From Magallana gigas (Eukaryota), in contig NC_088854.1 in NCBI RefSeq assembly GCF_963853765.1, positions 54,622,001 to 54,686,000 of the forward strand: DNA of 64,000 nt, read 5' to 3'. Positions 36,601 through 50,322 of this stretch are shown one piece after another. Every line of letters begins with the position of its first letter. The stretch's first letter is position 1. Made by a program: the position numbers and the translations under genes. A model generated the notes under the pieces. The model was not told the origin of the DNA. It was given only the letters and a program-made list of their open reading frames with translations, and did not search any database.

Positions 36601-39600
36601 AATGTTGTAATATTTTTGAAAATAAATGAGATACATGTACCTTTTCTCAGCTGGCCATAGAGTTTGATCAGTTTTACGACCCAGATGTTCTTCTCCCTGG
36701 CGATAAATATAATGTAGTTGATAAGTATGAATATGCAGTTGCCGACAATTCAACCAATGGCAACGTGCACACAAGATGGGAGACCATTACTTCTGCTCCT
36801 TCTGGACAAAAGGTACAGTGGAATCTACAACTACTGTATCAACTGTTAAAAATTCCCACTTGTTACTTACAATGTTTTAAGGAAGGAGTCTTTTCTGGTT
36901 TTCGACTTGTCAAACGTAAATTTGATTAATTGTTCGTTAAATCAAGATGAAAGGAAATTAAAATAGTATATTTTTCTTTCTTTTTTACTATCATACAACT
37001 TGGCATAGAAAAATGTAATCAATGTTTAGAATGGAACAAGGACTATATTTTTGGCGTAGGAAAATATCACATGTTGCGCAATTCAGAATTGCTGCAGATT
37101 ATATATATATAATGAGTCTGTTTTATCATTTTAAAAACAATAACAATAATGTTGGATTTTTTTTTACTAATGTGAACTAATAATATGATACTTGGGTTTC
37201 AGAATATGATTTTAAAATATAATTTGCCTATCAAATAACATTTTTATTAGCTTTTTAAAGCGCCCATTCTATACATTGATTTTTGTGAAAAAATCACTAA
37301 AATCAGTTTTTCTCTCTTATGAAACGGTCAATATATTAGCTTTTCTGTCAATTTATATCTTTATATAAAGTCTTCATAATACATAAAAATTAGAAATATT
37401 TTATTATTGGAAGCATAAAAAAATAATCAAAATTTCTTCAAAATTTAAGAAAATTAGAGGAAATGCGGGCTAAGCAATATCAATTTTAGTATAAATATTT
37501 ATTCTAATTTAGTAGTATAAGCTGATAGACACTCTCATGGTCTATGATTTCATTGAAGATTTGAATCTTCAAATCTTAAACAAATGTCTACAGAACTATA
37601 AAGAGCTACACTTATTTTTATCACTCTTTATGTTGAGGAAAAAGGTAGTGACCTTGACCTGACCTTTATCGAAAACAAAAAGGTCAAATTTAATTAAACT
37701 GATAGAATCATTAAGTAATATGATCCGTTTGACTGTGTCAAAATTTCATGCATTTCTTATTATAAGAAGTATGTTTGATAATAAAAAGACTCCTTCCTTA
37801 AGGAGACATTTTTTTATTTTCATTTAGATATCTTTCACGGTGACTCTGACTGGTACAATGGATTTTAGTAAGTGCAGAAACATTGTCATCAGAGGCTATA
37901 ACAAAGCAGGGCTCCATAGCACGGTATCTGCTGGCATCAAAGACTGTGCTCAGTTCAATCCCATTCTGATTGTCCCCAATGTCATCGTAGATGCCGTGGG
38001 TCCCGCTGATCCAGCGGACGGTAACGTACATTCCCGTGCAAATTCAAATTGGTTCATGTGTGTTATTTTGTTTGGGTTTCAATTAAATACATGTTCAGTT
38101 AACCAAATTAAGGTGACGACTTGCAATTTTCAGACAAGAATGGTTTAGGCGTGTCTCTTCCGGAGAATGCCGTTTGGACTGTGGCTGATGCCGACTACAC
38201 GCCATTTCGGACAGTATTATCTGCTGTCTGGCATTCTGGGAGATATTCCTCATATAAGTGGGCCGTTATAGAAGACAGAAGCCCAGAACCAGTCACATAC
38301 AACACACAGACTTCTCCTCTGTCGCTGAGAGACCCTTGCTCCCACGCTGACGTCGTGCATTCCAAATGTGGAACTACGAGTATGCTCTGTGTCAATGGTT
38401 TACTGCATACAGGGTTATTTTCGCCCAGTGTTATTTTCCCTCTTCTTCGCTTGCGAACGGTTTCGCCCCATCTTGAATTCGCCCAAACATAGTTGTTTTG
38501 TTTCAAAGTAGAATAATTTGAGACATTTGAGAATTAGCCCGCTGATAACGAGGGCGAAAGAGGCAAAATTGAAAAAATGACAATAACAAACTGTCAACCA
38601 TCTCAAAAATCCATAAAACGAAATACAAATTCAAAGCAGAGCAACACAGACCTCTAAAAGATAGAGGTATGATCATGTGCCATGGAGGAGTGAGCATCCT
38701 CTGCTGACCTGTCACACCCGCCGTGTGCTCTTTGTCGTAATCGGGAAAAAAATCGGAAAAGTCCGTTGACAATTAGGTGATTAATTATGGTCTAACAATT
38801 AGTATGAAAAATGTCAGCATGCAAAAGTAAAACGGAGGCGAATATTTCCCTGTATACAGTACACATGTATTTTGTGTCACGTATCTTACCATTCGATTAA
38901 TCAATAATGGTTTTAAAATAATATACACTATTTTGCAGCAAATGAATTTGTAAACGTCATTTTCAATGAAAACGAATATTTGGTGCATGGGAAAACCTAC
39001 ATGATATGTATCCATGCCGACGAGGAGAATGTGACCAATGAGCTCTGGACAAACCTTCTACCTGAGCTTAGTGTGTGTACTGACGGGGTGGTCGTGGATC
39101 TCACTAACCCCACAGTGGCAGATGTCTGGCTTGGAAACGTTAAAAATACCAAATACCAGGTAACAAATACTATCAGACTAGTTATTCCGTTGTAGTGAAT
39201 AATACAAAGGCCCATATATCATTTCAGTTGAGACTCTCTTTGATGTTTTCATCTATTTGTAGGTTGCTGCGTCTGACTTTTACGTCAACTGGAAATCGTT
39301 TGTTGACATTGAGGAACTTGGGGTAGGAAAACATCATACGGGCATCAGTTACTACGAAGTCATCATCGGTATGCCCAGTGTTTGGAGCCCATACTCTTTT
39401 TTATATATAGGATCACATAAATGCAAACCATAATATTAACGATTTCCATTCTTAGGATCAACGGAAGGAGGAAATGACGTCGTGGACAACACAAATGTAG
39501 GGGTGGTTAACCACGCCCACTTTGGATCCCTCACCTTGCACTCGGGTCACAAATATTACGCAACAGTCACAGGTATATATATTTATTTATACATTCATCC

Positions 39601-42600
39601 ATATTTGATGCAATATGTGTGTTTTCGAAAACGTTGTTGAATTTTTTTTCAGGATATGATTTTGTTGGAAGAAAAGCCAGTAAAACTTCTGAGTCTGTCA
39701 TTGTGGATTTTACTCCCCCTGTTATCACTGATGAGCCAATCAAACTTAGAACTGGTCGACACATTATATCAACAACTGAAGTTTCTGTTTGGTAACATTT
39801 TAAAACTTTTTGTATCCAATATTTTGCCAAATCTTGCCTAGTTTGACCATAGAAGTAATTTATCATAGCCTTTGTTTATTTTTGCTTTTTATTTCATAGC
39901 TGGTCAAATATTTTCGATGACAAGGAAAGTGGACTTGATTATTTCTTGTGGTCTGTTGGTTCCATGCCGGGATACAATGATATGATGGAATTTAAGAAAG
40001 TTAACGATGTGTGTGCGACGAATGGTCCTTCAACGTTAACCATGGAAGAGGGGCATGCTTATTACATCAACGTTAGAGTAAGTATTGTCGATAGTCATCA
40101 AAAATACATTTTGTTTAGCATACTTACAAGTGTCATGCTTAAATTAAAGTCATTTCGTTCATAGGCTTATAACAAAGCTGGTCTCTCCACTACTGTGACG
40201 TCATGGGCCTTTACTGTGGAGGCCTCGCCTCCAGTTGCTGGTCACGTGTTTGATGGCGACAAATCACAAACCTCAGACCAGAAAGATCTGGATTTTCAAA
40301 CACATTTAGATTATTTATCAGCTTACTGGGAGGGGTTCAATGACCCACATTCTACAATCACAGAATACTACATCAGTATCGGCACGTGCATCCTCTGCCA
40401 GGACGTGCTTCAACATCAGGCATTAGGAATCGTTTACGGTACATATGTTTCATGTTGTTTTTGCAATTGCAATGTTTTCTTTGCATAAACGATATCATTT
40501 TTTTTTCAAGGTAATAATTTGAAAATTTCACAAGTTTCTTATGATATTTAGAATATCGACTTACGGGTATCGGACTAGCCGTCGGAATGACGTATTACAC
40601 GTCAGTTACCGCCTGTAATACAGCAAACCTGTGCACTACCGTGACCTCTGATGGCGTCATCATTGATAATAGTCCGCCAAGTCCAGGGCGTGTGAAGGAT
40701 GGACCTGGAACAGAAGACATTGAGTATCAGGCTTCAAGGTTAAACTTTCTCTTACGAGTCGTTTTATAGTTTGTACTTGGCATGCAATGAGTCTTTCATA
40801 ACATTCTCTTCAATTTGTACGGGTTTTGTTTCCTTACAGATCTCACATTTCAGCATCTTGGAACGGTTTTTCGGACCCACAGTCAGGATTGCAGAAATTC
40901 GTCTGGAAGGCAGGAACCAAACTGGGTGGAAATGATATATTCAATGTGACGTTCCAGCACCTTCATTTGAGCCTGTTTGCGAGAAGCTTACCCCTTCCTG
41001 CCAATCTTCCAGTTGGGGTTAGGATTTATGTAACCGTTGGCTGCTATAATAACGCTGGTATGTAATAAACTTTTTTTTTTAATTTTGAGGTATTTTACGA
41101 TGATCAATCGAGTATAGTACCTCTTAACCACTGTGATACTATGAATGAAAAAATAAATCTTTGGTGTTTTTGATCTATAGGTCTGTATGTGGAATCATCA
41201 TCTAACGGTTTTATCGTGGACGATACTGCTCCTGAGGTCGCCTTAGAGCCCTCTTTTCCCGCCAATATGGTGACGTACGACACTGATACTGACCAGTTTT
41301 ACCAGGTACATAGGACAACGCTCAAAGTGGAATGGCAGACCAGCGATCCAGAATCTTACATCGAACGCCAGTATCTCACTATTAAGTCCCATATTGGGGG
41401 AGAATTTAACAGTGCTCCTACACAGGTACTTGATAATGAAATCGTCATAATTTATATATCAGTTAATCATTATTGTGATTGAAAGATTTAATTGCAGAAA
41501 AAAACCCGAAAAGAGCCTCGCTAGTAGAATCTATGATATATAGATCACTTGAATCCATCATTTCGTCTTATAGATCAACGGAATAGTACGGGACTACACG
41601 TTCAGCGACTTAGACCTGCATGATGGGGTGGAGTACTTCGTGGTACTGATAGCCTGTAATGGAGCGGGACTCTGTTCCAACGCCACCTCCAAACCCCTGC
41701 TGGTGGACAGCACGCCCCCAAACAGAGGTCAGTCTGTAACCTCCATCTCTCAACAGTTTACTAATGAAGACAAGTTAATGTCATCCAAATAGAATATTAT
41801 GACCCCACTATCGATATCCACCTCATCATTGTGGAGTTTGAATCGTCAAAATGCTGGCAAAGATGATTTTACCGTGCGTTTTTGTACAGTGAGAAAAAGT
41901 TCGTCTGCCGTTAACACATGTATAATTAATTTTTCGTTTATAATTCATTTTCTAGGGATGTTTGCCATTCAGACAGACCATGCCGCCAATCTGTCCCGCC
42001 ATGTTGATGGTCACATGACCTGGACGTACAAGAAGACGGTGTCGGTACTGTTGGCGTGGATAGGATTTGATGACAGTCACTCAAATATCCGTCATTACAG
42101 TGTCAACATTGGATCCTCATTCTTTTCATCGGATCTGAATCAAGTACTTAAACAAAACACCAATTACTCTTTCTACATATCAAAATTGTTTCTTCTTTAG
42201 ATGCTTTCTTGATGATATTCGTTTTCTATTGCTCTAGGACCCTGGAATACCATTTGTTATTCCCCATAATAACACCGGTGAAACGAAAGAGAACGAAGGC
42301 ATTGTGCAATCGAGCACTCTTCCTACACAGAGCCTCACAAGGCATACTTTTATATACATCCACATGTGGGCAGAAAACATGGTTAGTGCGTTTCCATAAC
42401 AGTTGCTTCTTAATCCATGTGTCAAGATTGCGGTATTTAATTAAATCCAATCGGTTTATTTATTGTTTCGTAGGCTGGACTGAAGAGCGCCATCATTCAT
42501 TCCAAATTCAAGAAAGAGGCTGGTGGTCCTCTTCACTTAGTTCGGCGTTGTGATGCCTACACGTGTGAAGGTCACTGTACATGCGCAGCCCAGGACGAGA

Positions 42601-45600
42601 GATGTCCAATCAAAGCATCTCTTACATGCGTCAATGACACAGACAGTGAGACTAATTTTGTCTTCTTAATAATCCTTTTAATACTGATATACCTTTTTGT
42701 TATATATTTGTTCATTTCTATGATTTAATGTTATTTCATTTTTAGCTGGTTCACACAGTATTGTCATGGTAACGGACCACATCGGGTTCGGATCCAACGA
42801 CGTAGATTACACGCCTTCAGACACTGTACTGCAAGGTTCTTGGACAATCACGCAGATTCAGAACTACAAGCCTGTCTGGTACTAAACAAGTCAAACTTAA
42901 AACAATTTTGATAAACCAAAGAAGGGGCGAAATTGCAAATTATTTGAAACATTGAATAATAAATGGATAAATTAAGTTTCGATTCGAGCAAAAAAGGTCT
43001 CGCTGTATATATATTCCGATGACGCTGGAATTAAAGAAATTAAAAAAGAACTAGAGTATATTATGTTTATATACTATATATTATGAAACGAATAAAGTAA
43101 ATAATCTTTATTCATTTTGCTTGATAGTTGCCGTCTTCGATTAATTTTTAATGAACAGGTACCAGTGGAGTGTCGGGTATACCAGCGAAGACGCTCCAGA
43201 AGGCGTCTTTGATGCGTCCTCAGAACTCGTTTGGCATGACGCAGCGTCAATCACTCAAATGACCTTCACCACAAAGAAAGGTTTGTTTGCACGATGTTAC
43301 CATCATTAAAAAATCTGTTAGATAAACTTTCTAAAATAATTATTACATTACACTGGAAGATAAACTACTTTGTATCTATATGTTTTTAATGCATTTACTA
43401 GGCAAAAAACTGAAACAAGGAATGAAATACTCATTCTTTGTAAGAGTGTGGTATTCAACAACTGTGTTTGGCGACTTTAAGTCTGATGGGGTGATTGTCA
43501 CAAGTCAACCTCCGATTACAAGAGTACTGAACGGGGCAGCGGTATGTTGTTTTAACAATAAATTAATACAAACAAAGCCTCCTTGTCTTTTCTTTAGAGA
43601 AATTGTCTAAAATGGTTAAAAACTAGTTTTATATTTGGTTTAGGTTACAGAGGTTAGAAGATACAGTAAATTAAGAGACATGGACTTCATCAAGTTTGGT
43701 TCACAAATCACAGTCGATTGGGCCCACAAGTTTGTGAATGCTTCTAATGATGTTTCCAAAATCGAGTTATACGTCAGTACCAGGCCTGGAGGTATAAACA
43801 TTTCTTCATACAAGCAATGCTTGATTTATATAATTTAGTAATGATTTGATAAATTACTAACATAAATATTAATTAATAATACATGCACACATTAGGTCAT
43901 AATATTCACTCGGAGGCGACCAGGTTGGGTTCTTCTGACACAAGCTTCAATATTCTGACTATGGATGGTAGAAGTGGGGTGCGGTACTACAGCAATGTTA
44001 TTGCCTACACCCATTCTGGTATACACCGTACGGAGTCCTCTGACGGGTTTGTCCTTGATTCCGATCCACCAATAGAAGGGGTCGTCTACGACGGTCCAGG
44101 TGACGTCAACTATCTATTTTTCCTATCAAAAAGTGGTATCCCAATATATGTGAAACTTTTGTATGCATGAACTATTACATTGTGTATTCAGGTATCACTT
44201 AATATTGATCGATCTCCTAATGTTAAGATGCTGCGTTTATGACTTTTTAAAGAAATGGAGGATAGAATAGAGATAGAAAATATTATCAGCGCAAAGTAAG
44301 GTAACAATTTCAAAATATTTCGCAGGGCTGAAAGATTTACAGTTCCAAGATTCTGACTCTACTGTCTCCGCTCACTGGCACGGTTTTATTGACCTGGTCT
44401 CTGGCATAAGATGGTACCACTGGTGTGTGGGTTCCACCTCCGCGTTGTCTGGCCCTGCTTGCGATGTGGTGTCTTGGAGGAATGTAGGCCTCCATACCAG
44501 AATGACATTACAGCTGTCAACCACTCTTCCAAGTAAGACTGGCTGGCTTTGTGAACACTGTCCTGAGTTACTAGTATAAGTCAAATTTACTAGACGTATT
44601 ATTTTATATTTACGCATATTTACTATCCACGTAAGATTATATAAGTTGTTGATATATATGAATTATAAAAGTTTGATTTTTCAGGATTACAAGATTGATA
44701 TTCGTAGTCCTACAGAAATCCTACATCACAAAATTGATTTCTATTTCTTTTTTTTTCAACTTTGTAGGGTGTGTGTATAACAAGGTGTATGCCACTGATG
44801 TAGTAGGATTTAACTCCCCTGTGGCTGTATCCAATGGTTACTGTTCCGACACTACGTCACCAGTTCCTTTGTATCTGGCAACTCTGGAACACAATATTGT
44901 TGTAAATGGCGCCTTCAACACATATAAACATAGTGTCAAATTTACGGACTTGAACACGACAGACATTTGTGATGGGACCAATAATATCGGGGTCCCCGGG
45001 TGGTCCCTTCAGCCCGATGCTTGTGCCGTTGTTGTGGAATCAAGTTTATCCCAGACTGAAAACTTTTTCATCCACGTGCGTGGTGGGGTTCAGCAAGAAG
45101 TGTCACTCTCCCCAGGCTTACACAGACTAACTTTTGTTTCTAGTCACGTGCATATTAACGCTGCAAGAACTACAAACCGAGAGGGATTTGCATCACTTGG
45201 TGTACAGCGCCACATTTTCATATTGTACACAAAACCATACCGCCAAGATGGGCATAGTTTAGAATCAGAAAGAAAGATAGTGTCGTGGCATAATCATACA
45301 TTCTACTTCAATGTCACTATAGAGGGAATGTATGACCTTGTGTTAGGGTCGGTAGGTCATCATAGTGGGCTCTATATTGATGACGTTAGGTTACAGTTGG
45401 TGAATACAAGTGACGTAACTGGTTTGGTCAGCAATGACACAGTTCACGGTCATACTACCTTTTTGCACGAGTGGTCTTCTGTACATGCAGGATGGAGCTT
45501 CTATAATCCAGGACCAAGTCCAATTACAAACTATATGTGGGCTATTGGTATGTGAAAAAAATCATTCAGATTAAATTTTGTTTACTGCGTAAAATGTTTG

Positions 45601-47452
45601 TCTGATCTTGTTTTAGTATTGCTTATTTTTCTGCTTTTAGGTTTCTCTCACGGTGGAATTCAGATTCAAAATTTTAAAAGCACTGGTTTAGTTCCATTTG
45701 GTTCTAAGAACGATGTGACATTGGTACACAATGCCTCGGTATATTATACAGTCATAGCGAGTAATGCAGTCGGGAAAATGGCCGTATCGTATTCGGGGAG
45801 AATTCTTGTTGATTTGACCCCTCCACTAATACCAGAAGTCAATGATGGACGAGGTAAGCGGAAATATTTGTTTGTTTGGTTTTTTTTTCTTTTGTTAATG
45901 TTAATTTATGATTTATTAATGAATCATCAATTATAATCTCAAAAGGTCATACTAAAGATGTTTATCTCATAAAGGTCCCGATGAAGATTTCAGTGGAATC
46001 AGCACAGTGTTCGTGAACTGGGAGGCTAATGACCCAGAGTCTGGAATAAGAATATGTGAATGGGCAGTTGGTAAGTGGGTGTTTTATAGGGAATTCAAAT
46101 GTATATCTATTTATGTATTTAGTTTTTCCCTGCCCTAGTATTTTTATTGACAGTCGTAATTTTGATCCTTCGAATTTTGGCACAATTTCCAAAACTTCAA
46201 TAAGTTAGATGTGTATTCAAAAAATTACGAACAATACAACATGTAATATTCAAAAAATTCTTTACAAATTCACAAACTTGTACATTTTTTATTATCTCTA
46301 AAATTTTCAAAATGGCACACAGATTTGTTGTAGAAATATAATTCTGCTATTTGCTGTACTGTTCAGGTTATTCGCCAGAATCTTCTGACCTGAAGAAGTT
46401 TAGCGTTATGACGACGTACTCCGGATACATTGACGTCAATTTCACGGACACGGAGAACAACACTATCTACAGCACTGTCCGATGCACGAATCACGCAGGG
46501 CTTATCACGTACGCTTACTCCGACGGAATAAAGATCTCTCAAAATGCACCAAACTCATCCAACGTTCAAATTAGTCACGTGGCTCTGTCTCAGACCGAAT
46601 ATTCTCCATCCGACGGATTTCAAGGGGTTTCCGATTCCCTGCGATTGTATTGGTCTGGATTTGATGACACTTTTGGAATAAGCTCCCATAAAGTAAGATC
46701 CATGACTGACTTGTAATTACATGTATCTAAGCTAAGATCTCTTTTTCCGGATTATTAAATTGTATGTTTAAATTCATACTATTATTCTCAGATGGAGATC
46801 GATTTTGACAAGTCGGAGGATGACCTGTTCACAACCATGACATTTGCACAGAATCAGACGGTGCAGTACGTACACCTTAGCAAGCTCGCCATGAAAGATG
46901 GTGTTCAAAGGGTCAAGGTCAATACGAAAAATGCTCTTGGAATATCAAGCGAACACGTTTTTTACAATGTTTCGTTATATACTTTGCCTCCAGTCAGGAA
47001 CAGTAAGTGGAAAAGCCATGTAGCTATAATAAATATTATATTTAGGTATTCTCGTTAAAACTTTCGGATTTGTTTGTTTGTTTTATTTTGTAGGGGGTGT
47101 GGCTTTGTACCTGAAATAATGATAAGGTACGGTAATGATGTATTGGCTTCATTTTTTAATAGATAGTTTCAATCCAAAAGTGACTTGGAATGCGGCGACC
47201 CAGAAGTTTAGTGCTTCGTGGCCTGATGTATTTTTCTCTCCTCACCCTCTAAGGTTTGAGGTCTCTGCTGGTTTAGCTGAGGGTGGAGCCGAAATTTTAC
47301 AATGGGCGGAAACGTTGAACACCACACTGGAGTTTGAAATGCCCAAAAGCATAACAGACTTTAGAGGATATGACGTTTTTGTTTATATCCGGGCAATTAC
47401 AGTTGGAGGGTTTTACACTGGTGTGAAAGGAAAAGTGAAATTGCCGTCGTAA
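27689..47452 (+). CDS. giant secreted multidomain protein (~3,428 aa): signal peptide, EMI-like, Cys-rich/EGF, FN3/Ig-like array, galactose-binding-like domain
   Basis: 54 exons assembled by eye: 27689-27837, 28185-28274, 29063-29139, 29247-29420, 29714-29857, 30303-30416, 30506-30766, 30885-31008, 31130-31316, 31418-31558, 31651-32005, 32093-32396, 32500-32623, 32719-32925, 33021-33233, 33339-33607, 33688-33838, 33953-34171, 34261-34414, 34509-34765, 34877-34903, 35009-35206, 35470-35605, 35710-35747, 35851-35986, 36331-36554, 36651-36812, 37828-38020, 38134-38379, 38939-39159, 39263-39368, 39456-39572, 39653-39791, 39900-40077, 40165-40438, 40552-40738, 40840-41057, 41181-41425, 41574-41727, 41956-42143, 42238-42381, 42474-42645, 42746-42878, 43159-43280, 43402-43541, 43644-43791, 43896-44099, 44326-44532, 44768-45547, 45641-45853, 45975-46070, 46367-46692, 46792-47002, 47163-47452. 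Summed length is 10,287 nt (divisible by 3), and phases are consistent where checked. Confidence 0.85.
28321..28620. repeat. degenerate minisatellite (gatagaaaataac-like units) in intron 2 of the giant gene
   Basis: Repeated tgatagaaaataac / gatagaaaagac / tgatagaaaaaaaac / tgataggaaaaaaac units at irregular spacing. Confidence 0.55.
38540..38770. mobile_element. interspersed repeat fragment, probably Penelope-associated terminal repeat
   Basis: gagcaacacagacctct..gaggtatgatcatgtgccatggaggagtgagcatcctctgctgacctgtcacacccgccgtg resembles a very common bivalve repeat recalled as PLE-linked. Class is from memory and unverified. Confidence 0.4.
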
Positions 47453-48328
47453 CGATTTACTTTATCAAGGCCATTCTGTTGGTGCTTCTATAAAAATGGC
47501 GCTTTAACATATATGAAACTAAGTTACCAATCTATTTTCATTCATTATTTTTTTTTTTACGAATCGGAAATACAAGAGTACTTTTCATCTTGTTCATTAA
47601 TGAAAGATACAATGTACATGTATAATGTCGTTAGTAATGGTTGTGTAGTATCGAAGACTTGTGTATCAGCTGTTGTTTCTATCAGTATTTTGGTACCTGT
47701 TATAAAGGATGCGAATTCATTCCACTTTGAGCTCTGTGAAATTATAGTACAGTATTCTAAACATAGGACCTTACTTTCTCTCTGGTGGGTTTCAAAATAT
47801 ACTTTTCACCTAAAGGAACAAATTCTTAGTAAATATATGAGCGCTGAGTCCTTGAATATACCCATCACAAACTTGTCTTCTGTCCCTGTGTAAAGTAAAA
47901 AGTAACTTTGTACGTGTGTTGTACTTTGCACAAAAAATCGCCTTTAAGTTAATACTCGTGCTCCAAGTCCAAAGTTGTTTCTACTTTTAACATTACCTCT
48001 AAGGCACAAATATTCAAACACATGATTTTTTATTTATTATTCATATATGCAGATGCGAGTATCTAGTAGACTGAGTTTTTGATGATCCATTCTGTCAGTT
48101 ATACAGACAATCCCCTTTGAGTATCCATCACATTTATATCCCACAATGTGCTCAAAAATTAAAATCTATATATACAGTTTGTTGATTTCTTAGTTGCAGA
48201 AGTAACACTATACTAGAAAGGATAATGTTGGAAGTAGAGATTGGTTGGGTTTTTGCTCTTTAATTTCAAAACGACATTTCCTCCTATATATACGGTTTTG
48301 TGTTTCGTTAAACATAGAATTCACTTAA

Positions 48329-48806
48329 AGGAACTTGGACACGATTTTGTATCAAAATTTTCTTTTTCTTTTTTTATGTATAAAATGGTTTATTTGTTCA
48401 TTTTGAATGATTGACCTAAATATGAATGTTGGAAGTCAAGTTATAAGAGAGATACAGCGGTAAGAATTCATTGTTATGTATACAAAGCTCGAGTCTTATA
48501 TTTGTTTACAAATAAAGTAAAGTATGGAATAACCATTTCTTTGACCAAATTAACAAGTAAAACTGATTTAATATGTTCATAGATAATATGATAAACAGAA
48601 ACAAACAAAATTTAATTAAGAATTTTACCAATAAAACACATTTGTTTACAAAACAAAGATTTTCAAACTCTGTATTTTGCTTATAACTCAATGTTTGACT
48701 TTCAAATTTTGATGAAGCATTAAAAGTACCTATGATAACCATTCTAAGCATTAAAATTGGAAAAATAAAATTTTGAATTTTGAGCTCAAATCTTGTACAA
48801 GTCCCT
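48329..48806. mobile_element. TTAA-flanked MITE (Kolobok-like)
   Basis: TTAA at 48325-48328 and 48807-48810; TIR aggaacttggacacgattt / aaatcttgtacaagtccct. Related to the copy starting at 61884. Confidence 0.7.
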
Positions 48807-49206
48807 TTAAGCCTTATATATCTGTTGTCTGATTAATGATTCAGTTTATTTCTGTCATGATGTATGTTTACTTTTGGGAAAAACGATTTCTTATTTTAAA
48901 AAAATATACAGTTTTTTGTCAAAATGACAGCAATTTAATATATTCATCTTTTGTGTTTTTCTTTCTTTCTGGATTTGCGTATTTATTCAGATTTGAGTAT
49001 ACACATACTATCAATTGTGTGAAAATAAAAGATTTTAATTTTGTGATTCCCAGTTTTTCGAAAGAATAAAGACAATGGGTTTAGGAACAAATCACTACAC
49101 GTCTTTCATCATGTTTAATTACCGTTAGTGGTAGCCTTTTATCATGTTGTTTCTGTTTGTTTTATCACATAAATCTTTGAATAATTTAGATGTGTGTTTC
49201 TTTTTT

Positions 49207-49553
49207 GGAGTTGATTTTAATCAACTCTCCGGCAAACCGAAAGTGAAACAGTGTTTGGACCTAAGCACAAATCATCACCGCTGACAAGACGTAGATCTTG
49301 AAAATAATAGATAAATTCGGTGTACTGTATGCTGTACCTTAGTTTTTCAAAAGAAACGTATTTATAAATACCTTGAATATAGTCAGATTTTATATGGTAC
49401 GAACAATTTAATTGTTTTTTGTAGCTGCATGTATTCCTTCGCCATAGTCTCCTTCAACCAGACGCTCGGCTGTCTCCGTAAATCTCCGACAAGCAGAGAG
49501 CCTCTCTTGGTTGTCGGATATTAACGGAGACAGCGTCTGGTTGAACGAGACTA
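49207..49553 (+). repeat. interspersed repeat copy 1, with TA-flanked 105-bp hairpin cassette (49447-49551)
   Basis: Aligns by eye with 61597-61879. Cassette gtctccttcaaccagacgct..gctgtctccgt / acggagacagcgtctggttgaacgagac forms a long hairpin bounded by TA on both sides. Confidence 0.75.
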
Positions 49554-50002
49554 GAGTTCAATATTGCTTGGATCCAGACGTGTATAATTTTTGGAAACAT
49601 TTCGATTACTGATAAACAGTTTGATGGAATTTATTCTATCTTTAAATATTACACAACATGATTCATACGGGGTTTTCTCGAAATTCTTGTCGGAAAAGTT
49701 CGAGAATTCATATTATAAAAATGGGCGAAATTCAAATACAGATTAAAAACTACTTGCCAGGAAAAATAATATATCGTTAATTTTAAAATTGAAAATAATC
49801 AATAAAATCAACCCCCGACAGTATTTCAGTACTTTGATCTATATATTAAAATTCATAGCACGTACATGTATGAAGCGCCTAAAAATCTTTTAATTTTAAC
49901 AATATTTACATTACATTTATAATTTACCGTTATTTCAGAAGAAATCCGATAGCCTGCGGTGTTCTTATCTAAACCTAGGTCGGTCTTTCCAGTTTAGAGC
50001 AA

Positions 50003-50006
<4 letters not shown>

Positions 50007-50068
<62 letters not shown>
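50007..50068. repeat. (TA)n microsatellite
   Basis: Direct reading of the sequence. Confidence 0.95.
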
Positions 50069-50073
<5 letters not shown>

Positions 50074-50322
50074 ACACATTAAGCGAGTATATAGTATTTC
50101 CCATTTCTAAAGGAATTTGATTGTTTTCAAACGTGTACAGTTACTACCAGATCCCAATCTATCAAATATCGATCAGTCTGCGTATGAATATGAAATTCCT
50201 TAAACTTTAATTAAAAACTGCCTTCAAACGCATTATTTAGATAGCACATCCAGTTTTGTTTGTTAAAAATATAATAAATCAAGCAATTTCATTGATTCAT
50301 ATAAGCGACATAGAATATATAA

